25,032 nt of DNA from an uncultured archaeon (GTDB taxonomy: Archaea > Asgardarchaeota > Lokiarchaeia > Sigyniarchaeales > SOKP01). The notes under the pieces were generated by a model that saw nothing but the letters and a program-made list of their open reading frames with translations, did no database searches and was not told the DNA's origin. A program made the position numbers and the translations under genes. Below, piece after piece: positions 15,748 to 25,032 of this stretch (position 1 is the stretch's first letter; each line of letters opens with the position of its first letter). Location of the stretch: positions 1 through 25,032 of the forward strand of contig CAYUTF010000045.1 in NCBI GenBank assembly GCA_964447495.1, in the 5' to 3' direction.

Positions 15748-17286
15748 TTAATTTATTATATGAGTTAAAGCATTATTTATTTGCATTTCATCATTTGCTA
15801 AATAGCATTGCTTAAATATCGAAGCAAAAAATGCGCGATCTTTAGGATTAAAATATTTATATCCAAACTTTTGCCATTCTATGGTCTTATTTAAAGGAGC
15901 AACCAATGAAATCTTACTTTTTACTAGCTCAGTAAGCAATAGTGGAATTTCTTCTTTTGTATTAACATTTATAAGATTAAGAACGACATCATCATTGAAA
16001 TAATCCCAAGATTCCTTAAACTGCAAACAAAAGCTTTTAATATCAACACGATTGTTAATGATGAGTTTAGCTAACCCTGAAATCGCAAGTTCATTTGGAC
16101 TTTGAGTATTCATTGGATTGGAAATGATCGTACTTGGTATGACTTTCTCTTGACTACTTATTTGTGGAAGATTGTATTCCGGCAATACACGTAATTGATT
16201 CATCCCAAGAATATTTCTAACATCTCGGATTGATCCCCCTGTATCAAAAAAGCGTTTATTAATAACATATATCAGTAGTTTTTCGGCGTGAATATCTCCA
16301 AAATAGGGATAATCTGATGCATAGAGGATATATTCTGACCAGTCTCTATTATCGACGGAAATTTTATTATGTGTTCGAAACCATTTCCGAAAATCCTCAA
16401 GAAAATTTCCTGCACCTTCACCATGGAGCATGGATAAATCTCCATAAGTGTTTGGTTGGACAATCGCATTATATACTTCATAATCTCCAATATTTCCCTG
16501 GGCAAAATGCGCAATAATAACTTTAAAATGCGGTAAAAGATTCGGATTATTCTGTAAGATTGCACTTCGGGTGGATTTTACTAATTCCGCAATATCTAAA
16601 ATTGATCCTCTCCCCCGTGTATCAAATATTACTGGCATTGAGTGTTTTGCTGCCTCGAGAAGAACATTAATAGCTTTCGATGACTTAATATCATCAATCC
16701 AGCGTTCGGAACGGGGATGTAGTTTTAATCCTCGAAGTCCTAACACTTCCCGTGCATAGCGAACCTCATTTACTGCTTTTTGTCCTTCCATAGGATCTAC
16801 TCGAGCATACCCGATTAATTTCATAGAAAATGGAAAGCGGGTGGTAAATCGCGATATATTAATATTACTTGCGCGGTATAACGCTTCAGGATATTTATCT
16901 CGAAATACATCTTGAAACGGAAATACAACACCTTGGTCTATAAACGAATAAAACTTCGCTTTCTCTTTTAGGTCGGAATAACGTTTCCCGAGTTTTTTAA
17001 GGGCACTATATAGTTTGTTGGTAAAGGGATACGGGGTAAATGACCAACTTAGTCTTGCTGGTGCTCGATCTATAGTAGTATTAAAAGATTGTTCTCCATT
17101 CTTTTCCCAATCCGCATTTATTCGACCTTGAATATTCCCCCAAAAATCAAAGGTACCCGTTCCTGGAGCGAGAGGATTCATCATAGTAGCGCCATCTACA
17201 TCTTCACCTAAGTGAGAATGAGCATCAATTACAAAAATATGTTCAATTCTTTTTTTTCCGCCTTGTTCTATTGTTGCTGTTAACAT
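15748..17286 (-). CDS. Metal-dependent amidohydrolase (Amidohydro_2-like TIM barrel) with C-terminal extension
   Basis: IDAHSH (HxH), GLRGLKLHP, IIAHF and ILYASDYPY motifs. Confidence 0.85.
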   Translation of the reverse strand: MLTATIEQGGKKRIEHIFVIDAHSHLGEDVDGATMMNPLAPGTGTFDFWGNIQGRINADWEKNGEQSFNTTIDRAPARLSWSFTPYPFTNKLYSALKKLGKRYSDLKEKAKFYSFIDQGVVFPFQDVFRDKYPEALYRASNINISRFTTRFPFSMKLIGYARVDPMEGQKAVNEVRYAREVLGLRGLKLHPRSERWIDDIKSSKAINVLLEAAKHSMPVIFDTRGRGSILDIAELVKSTRSAILQNNPNLLPHFKVIIAHFAQGNIGDYEVYNAIVQPNTYGDLSMLHGEGAGNFLEDFRKWFRTHNKISVDNRDWSEYILYASDYPYFGDIHAEKLLIYVINKRFFDTGGSIRDVRNILGMNQLRVLPEYNLPQISSQEKVIPSTIISNPMNTQSPNELAISGLAKLIINNRVDIKSFCLQFKESWDYFNDDVVLNLINVNTKEEIPLLLTELVKSKISLVAPLNKTIEWQKFGYKYFNPKDRAFFASIFKQCYLANDEMQINNALTHIIN

Positions 17287-17515
17287 TTTTTCTAATAGTA
17301 ATGTAAATATCGTTAATAACTTACTTTACATAGATTATCTAAAAAATTAGATTTAATCTTTTGGATTGCAATTTATAAAACTACAAACTATTAGAAAACT
17401 TAGGATATTACTTATGAAACTAGGGTTTATAAAATTTTGAAATCTATTTTTAATTTGATTAGAGATGAGTAATCATAGCGTAATTTAAATATCTTCAAAG
17501 TTTAATGAAAGAATA

Positions 17516-19012
17516 ATGATATCTGAAAAGGTAAAGATACAATTAATATTCGTAGGAAAACCTCAATGGGAAGCTGGTTGGCCGTATATAGGCTATAATA
17601 ATGAACTTTTAATAAAATCTGTGAATGATCATTTAAATAGTAAATTTCCTGAAATATTATTTTCTAATAGTGATGTTATTACAACCTATGATGTTAATTT
17701 AGTAAATGAAATCAAAGAAACCATCAAAAAATCTGATGCTAATATACTCTTTACTATTGGGCATTATGGAGATCCTGGGATTGTCCAGGCAGGAATAGAG
17801 TTTATCGAACTTAAAAAACCAACTATTTTAGCTAATTTTATTTATCAAGGAGATCATACATTTATTAAAATCCTTTCTAGTATTAAAGCTATTGAATCTA
17901 CAGTATACCCAATATCATCCATCAATCTTGAGGATTTTGATAAATCTATCGAAACATTAATAAAATTAATCAATATGCAAGGAAAAAGAGTGTTATTGTA
18001 CGCTCCCGATAAAATCAAAATGGATTGGAAAAGAATTTTGGGATTATTTAGTCCAGAACAAAACCGTATTAGAAAAGAACATCCTGACTTTCTTGAACAG
18101 GTATTAAGTCTTAGCTCCGACCAAGAATTTGAATTTTATACAGATATAGTTGGAAAGGATCAAGCACATCAATGGAGAAGAGATGAAGGAAAATATATAA
18201 AAAATCTTAAAGATATTTTTGGCATCGAAATGGTTAAAGGTAATCCTGATGAAATTCTGGAGTTTTATGATAAAGTAAATGAACAAGAAGCACAAAGTAT
18301 TGCTACAAAATGGAAAGAAGAAGCACTTAGAGTTGATCCTAATGACAAAACGGTTTTAAATTCAGCAAAATTATATTTAGCGTTAAAGAACTTATTACAA
18401 GAAAAAGATTTTGCTTTTTTTACTCCAGATTGTGGTACATTTTTGCTAACTGGAAAATTGCCTGCGTATCCGTGTTTAGCTTTCATGGAATTAACAAATG
18501 ACAACATTTATGGTATATGTGAATCCGATATGGATTCAACTGTCAGTTACATTTTTGGTTTAAGTATTACTGATCGTCCAGGATTCGTCTCCAACCATAC
18601 TATTGATACATTAAATAATCAAATTACTTATATGCACTGTGTTGCGCCAAATAAATTATTTGGGGTAGATGGTCCAAAATCTAATTATGAAATAGTATAT
18701 CATGGAGAAACGCATTATTTAGGAGCCTCTCCGCGTGTTAAATTTCCTATTGGAGAAATGGCTACAACTATAAAAATAAGTGTGTTAGAGAAGAAAATAG
18801 CAATTCGAACGGGAAAAATAATTAACAATCTTGTGGATGATAGAGGATGCGTCTCAAAGATGCTAGTAGCTACTAATGTAAAAAAAGTAATAGATAATTA
18901 TGATTGGGAAACTTTTGGATGGCATAGGGTTACATTTATAGGAGATTGGAAAGAAAAATTCATTATTGGAGCTAAGATATTAGGTTTAAACATTATAGAA
19001 GAGGATAAATAA
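17516..19012 (+). CDS. L-fucose/L-arabinose isomerase-like protein
   Basis: C...LPAYPCLAFMEL...GICESD (metal-binding ExD), YMHCVAP, downstream H and C-terminal GWHRVTFIGD are typical of FucI/AraA-like proteins. Substrate unknown. Confidence 0.7.
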   Translation: MISEKVKIQLIFVGKPQWEAGWPYIGYNNELLIKSVNDHLNSKFPEILFSNSDVITTYDVNLVNEIKETIKKSDANILFTIGHYGDPGIVQAGIEFIELKKPTILANFIYQGDHTFIKILSSIKAIESTVYPISSINLEDFDKSIETLIKLINMQGKRVLLYAPDKIKMDWKRILGLFSPEQNRIRKEHPDFLEQVLSLSSDQEFEFYTDIVGKDQAHQWRRDEGKYIKNLKDIFGIEMVKGNPDEILEFYDKVNEQEAQSIATKWKEEALRVDPNDKTVLNSAKLYLALKNLLQEKDFAFFTPDCGTFLLTGKLPAYPCLAFMELTNDNIYGICESDMDSTVSYIFGLSITDRPGFVSNHTIDTLNNQITYMHCVAPNKLFGVDGPKSNYEIVYHGETHYLGASPRVKFPIGEMATTIKISVLEKKIAIRTGKIINNLVDDRGCVSKMLVATNVKKVIDNYDWETFGWHRVTFIGDWKEKFIIGAKILGLNIIEEDK

Positions 19013-19021
19013 TTTTACTTT

Positions 19022-20719
19022 TTATTCTCTCATTTCTTTTGGGAGAGTTAGCACTCCTGTTAAAGGATTATTAAGTGGATCTTGACAGTACTCTATAGTG
19101 AAATATATTAAATCATATAAAATATTGGGGTCTTGTCCTGATTTCTGCTTATAATCATAAAGAGATAATTGATATTCAGCTTCAGTTATTGGAGGCTCAG
19201 CATAACTTACACCTCCAAAAACGCTCTGCAAAACCGGTTTTAAAAAGGGAGAATAGAGAAAGCCAAGTTCTTTCAATTCATCTTTAAGGTAGAAGAACAT
19301 TCGCTGGACAGCCTGCGTCATATATCTAACTGGTTGATTTTCCGGACCTAAGTACTGTTCTGCAAATACAGGATCATAACTTGCTAGTTGTTCGCGTGTA
19401 AGGTTTTGAGGTCGGAATAGCGAGATTAAACCTCGTTCGATTGATGTTTTTCGATTATAGGCTATGGTTTCACTTCCCGCATCTGGTACCCATACTCCTT
19501 TTTGTAAGAGTTTGCGAGCTTTGTAACATAATGCTTGTATTAAAAGTGCAATTCCAATCCTTCTACATATTGATATCTGAGCGTCGCTTACTCGTATTTC
19601 GATTGTCCCCCAATCGGTAAAAGGAAATACGTCTTGAAATCTTCCGTCCTCTAAACTCGCCTTTTGGACAACTTGGAGGAAATAATTAATGGATTCTTGA
19701 TCGGAAGATGTTAAATAAGGGATAAAATGTTTTGGATCATTATTACTTAACATAGTGCTATTATATTTTAATCGTAAAGATCTGACACAATTAGGTGCTG
19801 TAATCCTATTATTAACCACTTTGATCTCATCAGTTGGTTTATTGTTGATTATCGGGGAATTACAAGTAAGAGAAATGATATGTGGTATAAAGTTACGTAT
19901 CATACAATATGCCTGTATCTTCTCTAAATCTGACTGGAAAGTGCCAAGGTGGCTATGATCTGCTTGACTTAGACCTCTCATATACTCTTTTGCCGCTGGA
20001 TTTATAGCAGAAGCGATGATATGTAAGTCAGAGGGTAATGTAGTCTTCGCTAAAAGAAATAAAGTACTTGCCCAGTATGCTAGCTCTTCCACAAATTCGC
20101 ACGGGGGAGTTACAAGTTCTAAGATATAGGTGACTGCGGTAACATTACCATCTCTAGCGAAGGTATCAATATCGACGGAAGCGCTATCTCCTAATTTATA
20201 ACGTATTTGCATAGCGTACCCTTTTTCTAAGTCATCTCTTCCCCAAGGTCGAGCTAAAACTTTCTCTCTAATATAATCAGGGACTGGTAGAAAATCGCTC
20301 CGTCCTTCATATAAGACTTGATCCATTATCCGTATGGCATCTTTTACGATCTCTTTCATCCGGAACACCATCTCATCTCCCGGAGGATAATTTCCATTAT
20401 CATCAGCGATTATTAATTCCATTTCGATACCATGGGTAAAGGGCAATGGCGTCCAATTCTGAATATCTGCGAGAATTTCCCCCCAAGATCTTTCAGGTAT
20501 ATGAACTTCGCGATAATCAGTGCCCACAAACAATTTGTCTTTCGATCTATCGATTTGCTCACCGATATATACTCCTTGAGGTAAACTTTTTGCTCCTTTA
20601 CCTTTCGTTTTTTGTTTTGAAACTTTGCTTGATCCTCCCATGAACTGGGAAAACGTATCAATTTCGGTATCAGACCCTTTCTTTTTTTTCTTTTTTTTGT
20701 CTTTACCCACAATCCTCAC
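19022..20719 (-). CDS. Glutamate--cysteine ligase family 2 (GCS2)-like carboxylate-amine ligase
   Basis: THGIEMELII (ExE), ILELVTPPC, HSHLG, LTCNSP, SLR and GTIEIRVSDAQ match GCS2/YbdK-like motifs. Lys-rich N-terminal extension and GTG start. Confidence 0.8.
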   Translation of the reverse strand: MRIVGKDKKKKKKKGSDTEIDTFSQFMGGSSKVSKQKTKGKGAKSLPQGVYIGEQIDRSKDKLFVGTDYREVHIPERSWGEILADIQNWTPLPFTHGIEMELIIADDNGNYPPGDEMVFRMKEIVKDAIRIMDQVLYEGRSDFLPVPDYIREKVLARPWGRDDLEKGYAMQIRYKLGDSASVDIDTFARDGNVTAVTYILELVTPPCEFVEELAYWASTLFLLAKTTLPSDLHIIASAINPAAKEYMRGLSQADHSHLGTFQSDLEKIQAYCMIRNFIPHIISLTCNSPIINNKPTDEIKVVNNRITAPNCVRSLRLKYNSTMLSNNDPKHFIPYLTSSDQESINYFLQVVQKASLEDGRFQDVFPFTDWGTIEIRVSDAQISICRRIGIALLIQALCYKARKLLQKGVWVPDAGSETIAYNRKTSIERGLISLFRPQNLTREQLASYDPVFAEQYLGPENQPVRYMTQAVQRMFFYLKDELKELGFLYSPFLKPVLQSVFGGVSYAEPPITEAEYQLSLYDYKQKSGQDPNILYDLIYFTIEYCQDPLNNPLTGVLTLPKEMRE

Positions 20720-20727
20720 TTTTATTA

Positions 20728-22611
20728 TTACAATAATGATTCAATAAACATTTTAAAAAGATCGTAATCGTTCAAAAATTCATAAGATAATACAAGATTA
20801 ACAATATCTGCACCCATAACTCCAAGAGTATTCTGTATTGGTTCTAGTGATGCCCCCCCCTTAAACACTCCATCATCAATTAATATGGTGGCTTTACTAC
20901 CTATTTTACTCTCCACTTTTGATGTAATCATGCTAAGAGAGCTTGAATTAGAAGCAAAGATTATTGTTGGTTTTCCTAAATAAGGAATAAAATCTAAATT
21001 GAAAATTATTAAATTTTGGTTTAATTTGCTAGATGGAAAGAATTGTTTTAATGTTCTTTGAATTACAGATAACTCTTCTTGATCGAGGTTGTTGATGGAA
21101 GGATAAATGTAATATGCAATTGATTTTTTTGAAGTATATTTTAAGTCTGTATAGACTCGATCTAAAAATGGAAAAATACTAAAGTTTAAGCTAAATAATG
21201 AAATGAAAAGGATTTTAAAATCAAAATCATTCATGAGAGCATTACTACTGGCATTACCTCCAAGTAACGCAAACTGCTGGAGTTCATTGGAAAGGTTTGA
21301 GATGTAAGTATTTAACGAATAAAATTGTGAAAAAATGGTAGTGGTTTCTACTCTGGTTTTAACTTCATTAACCATTTCGTATATAAGATCGAATAAGTCT
21401 TTTGCCAATTTTTCTCTGATATCTGGAGCAGTAATCTCTTTAATAGCATTATCAGCTGTTTCTGGACAATCTAATTCTGCAATTATACAAATCGCATTTT
21501 TCAAATAAGAATATGCTGGGTTTTTAAATTCATTTTCGGATAAATTAATTTGCGATGAGTTTTTAATAATTTGATCAATATACTTTACAACTTGAAGAAT
21601 TTGCTCATTCTTTTTAGAAGTTTGCAATTCCTTCATCAGATTAAATAATACCTTAACTTTAAGAAACTCCTCACTAATTAAATACGAATATTTAAGTGCG
21701 ATATCAAATTGGCTTTTGTAACTTTTACTTATTATATCTGTGATCGCCTGATCTCTCGAAGAAGGTTTGGAAATTAAAGATATTATTTTGGAGATTTCAT
21801 TAGGATTAATATCTACATAATCATAAGCAATTTCAGACAATACCACATTGCGTTTAGTTTCATCATTCAAATTTTTAATGATTTGTAAACTTGCATCTAA
21901 ATTTTTAACTGAATTGACTCGAATCAAATCGTAATAAAATTGAGTCTGTTCTTCTTGTTTTGATAGTCTTAACGCAGATTCTAGCGCTTTATACATCTCT
22001 CCGACGGCTAAATAACCCTTTGCGAGCTTTTTATATTGCACATCAATCTCTCTAATATTAACCTTCACATCGGAAGAAACTTTACCATTTTGATTGTTAT
22101 TACCTTTTTGTTGCACTTGGTAAGTATTAATTAAGGATGCTAAATCTTTTTCAATTTTCTTTACATCACTTTTAGACACTTCGATAATAAAGTCATTTCT
22201 ATTGAAGTTATCTACGGTTTTAGAGCTTAAAATCTGGGTTTTTGCTAATATTTTTTCTATTTTACTGCTAGAGATAGTTGTTCTTAATTTCTGTACTTTT
22301 TCAGTATATTCAATCAATTTCAACCAATAGATATTGATAATGAGTTTACCAAATCCATCCGCTTTTGGGATAAGGTTTAAATTTATTTTCCGTTGTTCTC
22401 CTGCTTTTAATTTGATATTAGTGTTAAATTCCTCAGGAGAAACTTTTATTTCAATATTTTCTCCTTTAAATTCAAATTTAAAGTCTGCTTCTTTGTTTAG
22501 ATTATTTACTACTTGTAAAGAAACCGCATTGTCGATATTTGGAATTAAAATATTTTGAGGAAATTTAGAAACGGTTAAAGATACAGCATTGTGTGAGTCT
22601 GAAATAGTCAT
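20728..22611 (-). CDS. Hypothetical protein: Ig-like beta N-terminus, helical-repeat middle, alpha/beta C-terminus
   Basis: 627-aa ORF. N-terminal VSLQVVN...IKLKAGEQRKINLNLIPKADGFGKLII is beta-sandwich-like, and there are TPR-like helices (LAKGYLAVGEMYKALE). It ends 8 nt before the GCS2-like gene. Confidence 0.6.
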   Translation of the reverse strand: MTISDSHNAVSLTVSKFPQNILIPNIDNAVSLQVVNNLNKEADFKFEFKGENIEIKVSPEEFNTNIKLKAGEQRKINLNLIPKADGFGKLIINIYWLKLIEYTEKVQKLRTTISSSKIEKILAKTQILSSKTVDNFNRNDFIIEVSKSDVKKIEKDLASLINTYQVQQKGNNNQNGKVSSDVKVNIREIDVQYKKLAKGYLAVGEMYKALESALRLSKQEEQTQFYYDLIRVNSVKNLDASLQIIKNLNDETKRNVVLSEIAYDYVDINPNEISKIISLISKPSSRDQAITDIISKSYKSQFDIALKYSYLISEEFLKVKVLFNLMKELQTSKKNEQILQVVKYIDQIIKNSSQINLSENEFKNPAYSYLKNAICIIAELDCPETADNAIKEITAPDIREKLAKDLFDLIYEMVNEVKTRVETTTIFSQFYSLNTYISNLSNELQQFALLGGNASSNALMNDFDFKILFISLFSLNFSIFPFLDRVYTDLKYTSKKSIAYYIYPSINNLDQEELSVIQRTLKQFFPSSKLNQNLIIFNLDFIPYLGKPTIIFASNSSSLSMITSKVESKIGSKATILIDDGVFKGGASLEPIQNTLGVMGADIVNLVLSYEFLNDYDLFKMFIESLL

Positions 22612-22762
22612 ATTAATGTCGGCTTCTTACGGTTGTGTGTTTTAATAATTTTCCATTTAAGATAATTATTTCGTTTATCGAAAATTATGAATTTTGAGAT
22701 ATTACCTTAATATCCTCAATATAAAAATATATTTTTTTAAACTTTTACTTTCAGAATGCAGT

Positions 22763-23488
22763 TTATTTTCCCTTTCTTCTGTTTCTCATTGCGAATTCTT
22801 TTAAATCCTCAATAACCATTTCACGACTATAATCTGGCCATAAATCCTTTCTAAATTTAAACTCAGCATATGAAGAGTCCCATAATAGAAATCCTGAAAT
22901 CCTTGCTCCATCCTCCATACCAGTTCTTATTACATAATCCACTTCTGGAAAATTATGAGTATATAAATATTTTTTTACAAGATTTCGATCTATTTCTTGT
23001 ACCTTCACATTATCTTGAATTATTTTTTTTACCGCATCTACAATTTCTTCTTGCCCATCATACATAATACATAAATTAATGAAATTCTTATCGTGATCCT
23101 TCGTAAATTCAACTAATTCTTGAATTTTTTCTCTAACTTCTTGCGGTAATAAATGTACCCTTCCAATAACGTTAAAATTAACCTTTTCTTCTTTTACCGT
23201 TGCTTCTTTAATCACCGAATCTACCGCATCCAAGATAATTCTAAAAATATAAATAATTTCTTGTTGCTTCCGTTTTTTAACATTTTCAAGAGAGAGCGCA
23301 TAAATACTTAAATAATGGATACCCGCTTCAAAAAAATCAAACAACCTTTTTTTTAAATTTTCATACCCAATTAAATGACCGATATTCAAATTAAGAAGGT
23401 TCTTTTTAGCCCATCGACGATTTCCATCAAGTATTAGACCAATGTGTTTCGGTAATCTACCTTGGGGGATATCTTTGAGCTCTTCCAA
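22763..23488 (-). CDS. uppS: cis-prenyltransferase (polyprenyl/undecaprenyl diphosphate synthase)
   Basis: PKHIGLILDGNRRWA, YALSLEN, YDGQEEI, DYVIRTG...RISGFLLW..YAE, LWPD and C-terminal RxG (RRKGK). Confidence 0.95.
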   Translation of the reverse strand: MEELKDIPQGRLPKHIGLILDGNRRWAKKNLLNLNIGHLIGYENLKKRLFDFFEAGIHYLSIYALSLENVKKRKQQEIIYIFRIILDAVDSVIKEATVKEEKVNFNVIGRVHLLPQEVREKIQELVEFTKDHDKNFINLCIMYDGQEEIVDAVKKIIQDNVKVQEIDRNLVKKYLYTHNFPEVDYVIRTGMEDGARISGFLLWDSSYAEFKFRKDLWPDYSREMVIEDLKEFAMRNRRKGK

Positions 23489-23836
23489 AATGCCAAAACC
23501 TTAGGGAGTAAAATTATATCCTTTCATACAATTAAGAATATTATTATAATTAAATATATGAAATTTGACTCTTATATCTTTTTTTAATAATTTTTGTGAT
23601 AGTATTTGTCATAAAAGAAGAAAAATTCAGTTTTAAAAAAGAAATTTTACTCAGTTAGAATAATGTGGAGGTAAGTGAACACCAGTGTAAGGATGGGGGG
23701 GTCCTTTAACTAGAATTCAAGTGACTCTTGATAAGTATTTAGTGTTGTACTGTTTTATGAGCTTGGTATATTGGATTGGATTTCAGACTTCAATTTATGC
23801 ACTCCAAGCTCCATTGCTGTCAAAGTTGAAATTAAT

Positions 23837-24784
23837 TTAGTGTGATACAACGATTTTTTTTCCCTCTTTTAGGTAAAACTCCTTTAGTTTAAGAATCTCT
23901 TTCTCTGATACTTTTGTTCTATAAATCCCTAAGTGATGAAATTCTTTAAGTTTTTTATATAATAACTCACCTAAAGACCCTAAGGGATTTTCCCATATCG
24001 ATAAATAAGATAAATTTGAAAGCTCGCCAACGTTTTTAACTTCTCTAATCAGATTATTGTTTAGACATAACGAAGTCAAATTCTTTAGATTATCTAATCC
24101 TTCTATCTCCATAATTTGATTCCCAATTAAATATAGAGATAGTAGATTATGAAGGTTATCTAATCCCTTCAATTCCTTAATCTTATTAAAATTAAGATTT
24201 AAACTCTCTAAGCTCTCCAATCCATCTAATCCCTTTATCTCTTCAACTTGATTATTGGAAAAATCTAAGTACTTTAAATTCTTCAGATTATCTAATCCTT
24301 GAATGTCCTTAATCTTATTTTTTGATTGTAAATGTGAATCCCCAAAATGTAATTCATGCAGATTTTTCAATCCATCTAACCCCTTAATTGTTACAATCTT
24401 ATTCCCTGCCAAGTTTAGCTCATATAATTTGCTTAGATCTTCAAGCCCTTTAATCTCTGTAATATCATTTCCTAACAAATTAAGCTCTTCTAAGTTTGTC
24501 AACCCTTCAAAACCCCCCGTGTGAATCAGTCCGCATCCGGTAGCCCACAAACCTCGCAAATTACGCAGATTTTCAAGCCCCATCACTTCTCTCAAGTTAT
24601 TTCCACTGATGTCGAGTCCTCGAAGATTTACACAATTGAATAACCCTTCTACTTCTCGTAAATCCCTTATGTCATAATTTATGAGTTCCAATGATCCATA
24701 TTCTATTGGAATCTTCTCCCCCTTATAAACTACGAATTCTTCTTGTCCCAATTTCTTACACCCTCTTCTAATAAAATCTGTCAT
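23837..24784 (-). CDS. Leucine-rich repeat protein (22-aa SDS22-like repeats)
   Basis: About ten repeats of LxxLxLxxNxIxxIxGLxx, for example LEELNLLGNDITEIKGLED and LKYLDFSNNQVEEIKGLDG, ending in a cap LSIWENPL. Confidence 0.92.
   Translation of the reverse strand: MTDFIRRGCKKLGQEEFVVYKGEKIPIEYGSLELINYDIRDLREVEGLFNCVNLRGLDISGNNLREVMGLENLRNLRGLWATGCGLIHTGGFEGLTNLEELNLLGNDITEIKGLEDLSKLYELNLAGNKIVTIKGLDGLKNLHELHFGDSHLQSKNKIKDIQGLDNLKNLKYLDFSNNQVEEIKGLDGLESLESLNLNFNKIKELKGLDNLHNLLSLYLIGNQIMEIEGLDNLKNLTSLCLNNNLIREVKNVGELSNLSYLSIWENPLGSLGELLYKKLKEFHHLGIYRTKVSEKEILKLKEFYLKEGKKIVVSH
24050..24620 (-). repeat. Degenerate ~66-bp coding tandem repeat underlying the LRRs
   Basis: The unit 'atctaatcc' (GLD codons) recurs at about 24091, 24157, 24223 and 24289, i.e. 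66-nt spacing, with weaker copies on either side. Confidence 0.7.
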
Positions 24785-25032
24785 ACTAAATAAGCATTAG
24801 CTCATATTTAACTGTTTACCCTCCTAAAGTTAAGTAGAACAAGAGGATATCTTTTTTTTAAATTATTTTCATACGGAGTTGCGCAAAAAAATTCACTATT
24901 AATTAATTGTACCACATTTCAGAATATTAATAGTTAAAAGTATGAATATATAGAGAATATTTATAAAGCATCATAGGTGAATTATCTAAAAACATTTAGT
25001 AAAATACTAATTTAATTAAATACTAATTTGAT

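Noticed and set aside
23501-23527. In-frame ATG and 8-codon mini-ORF ending in TAA just upstream of the uppS TTG start
   Set aside because: UppS is complete from the TTG, with PKHIG about 12 aa in. There is no evidence for readthrough or a regulatory leader peptide.
23660-23830. Relatively GC-rich intergenic patch with AAGGA-TGGGGGGG-TCCTT hairpin and a GGAGG followed by a 12-codon ORF
   Set aside because: The stem is only 5-6 bp, no tRNA or known ncRNA structure is visible, and the ORF is too short to support.
931-24524. Short ORFs in the track that overlap longer genes (e.g. 931..1251, 1832..2320, 3643..3897, 7491..7775, 13023..13298, 16272..16565, 20413..20712, 24303..24524)
   Set aside because: They are antisense or alternate-frame shadows of well-supported genes and have no recognisable motifs.
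1-25032. CRISPR arrays, rRNA/tRNA genes, transposases or integrases
   Set aside because: No repeat-spacer periodicity, GC-rich structured RNA-like segment or recombinase motif was seen by eye.

Overview
AT-rich, gene-dense archaeal window, most likely from an Asgard archaeon of Lokiarchaeia type. This is inferred from the roadblock, longin, Rag/Arf/Rab-like GTPase and SDS22-like LRR content. Positions 1-15.7 kb form a signalling island of six small GTPases: one Rab-like gene truncated at the left edge and missing from the ORF track, four Rag/Gtr-like and one Arf-like. The island also holds a stand-alone roadblock protein, several longin/uDENN-like domains, two soluble PAS/GAF histidine kinases and a DivK-like single-domain response regulator. 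The most notable gene is 13307..14005(-). It appears to be a folliculin-like longin domain that keeps the 'KDSxARG' arginine-finger motif, fused to a HisKA/DHp-like helical hairpin whose phospho-His is replaced by Leu. It heads an apparent operon with a Rag-like GTPase-wHTH gene and both kinases, which suggests a two-component phosphorelay wired into a Rag-GTPase/GAP switch. The right part carries an amidohydrolase, a fucose/arabinose-isomerase-like protein, a GCS2-type carboxylate-amine ligase with an unknown partner, uppS and an LRR protein. All family calls come from motifs read by eye; no searches were run.
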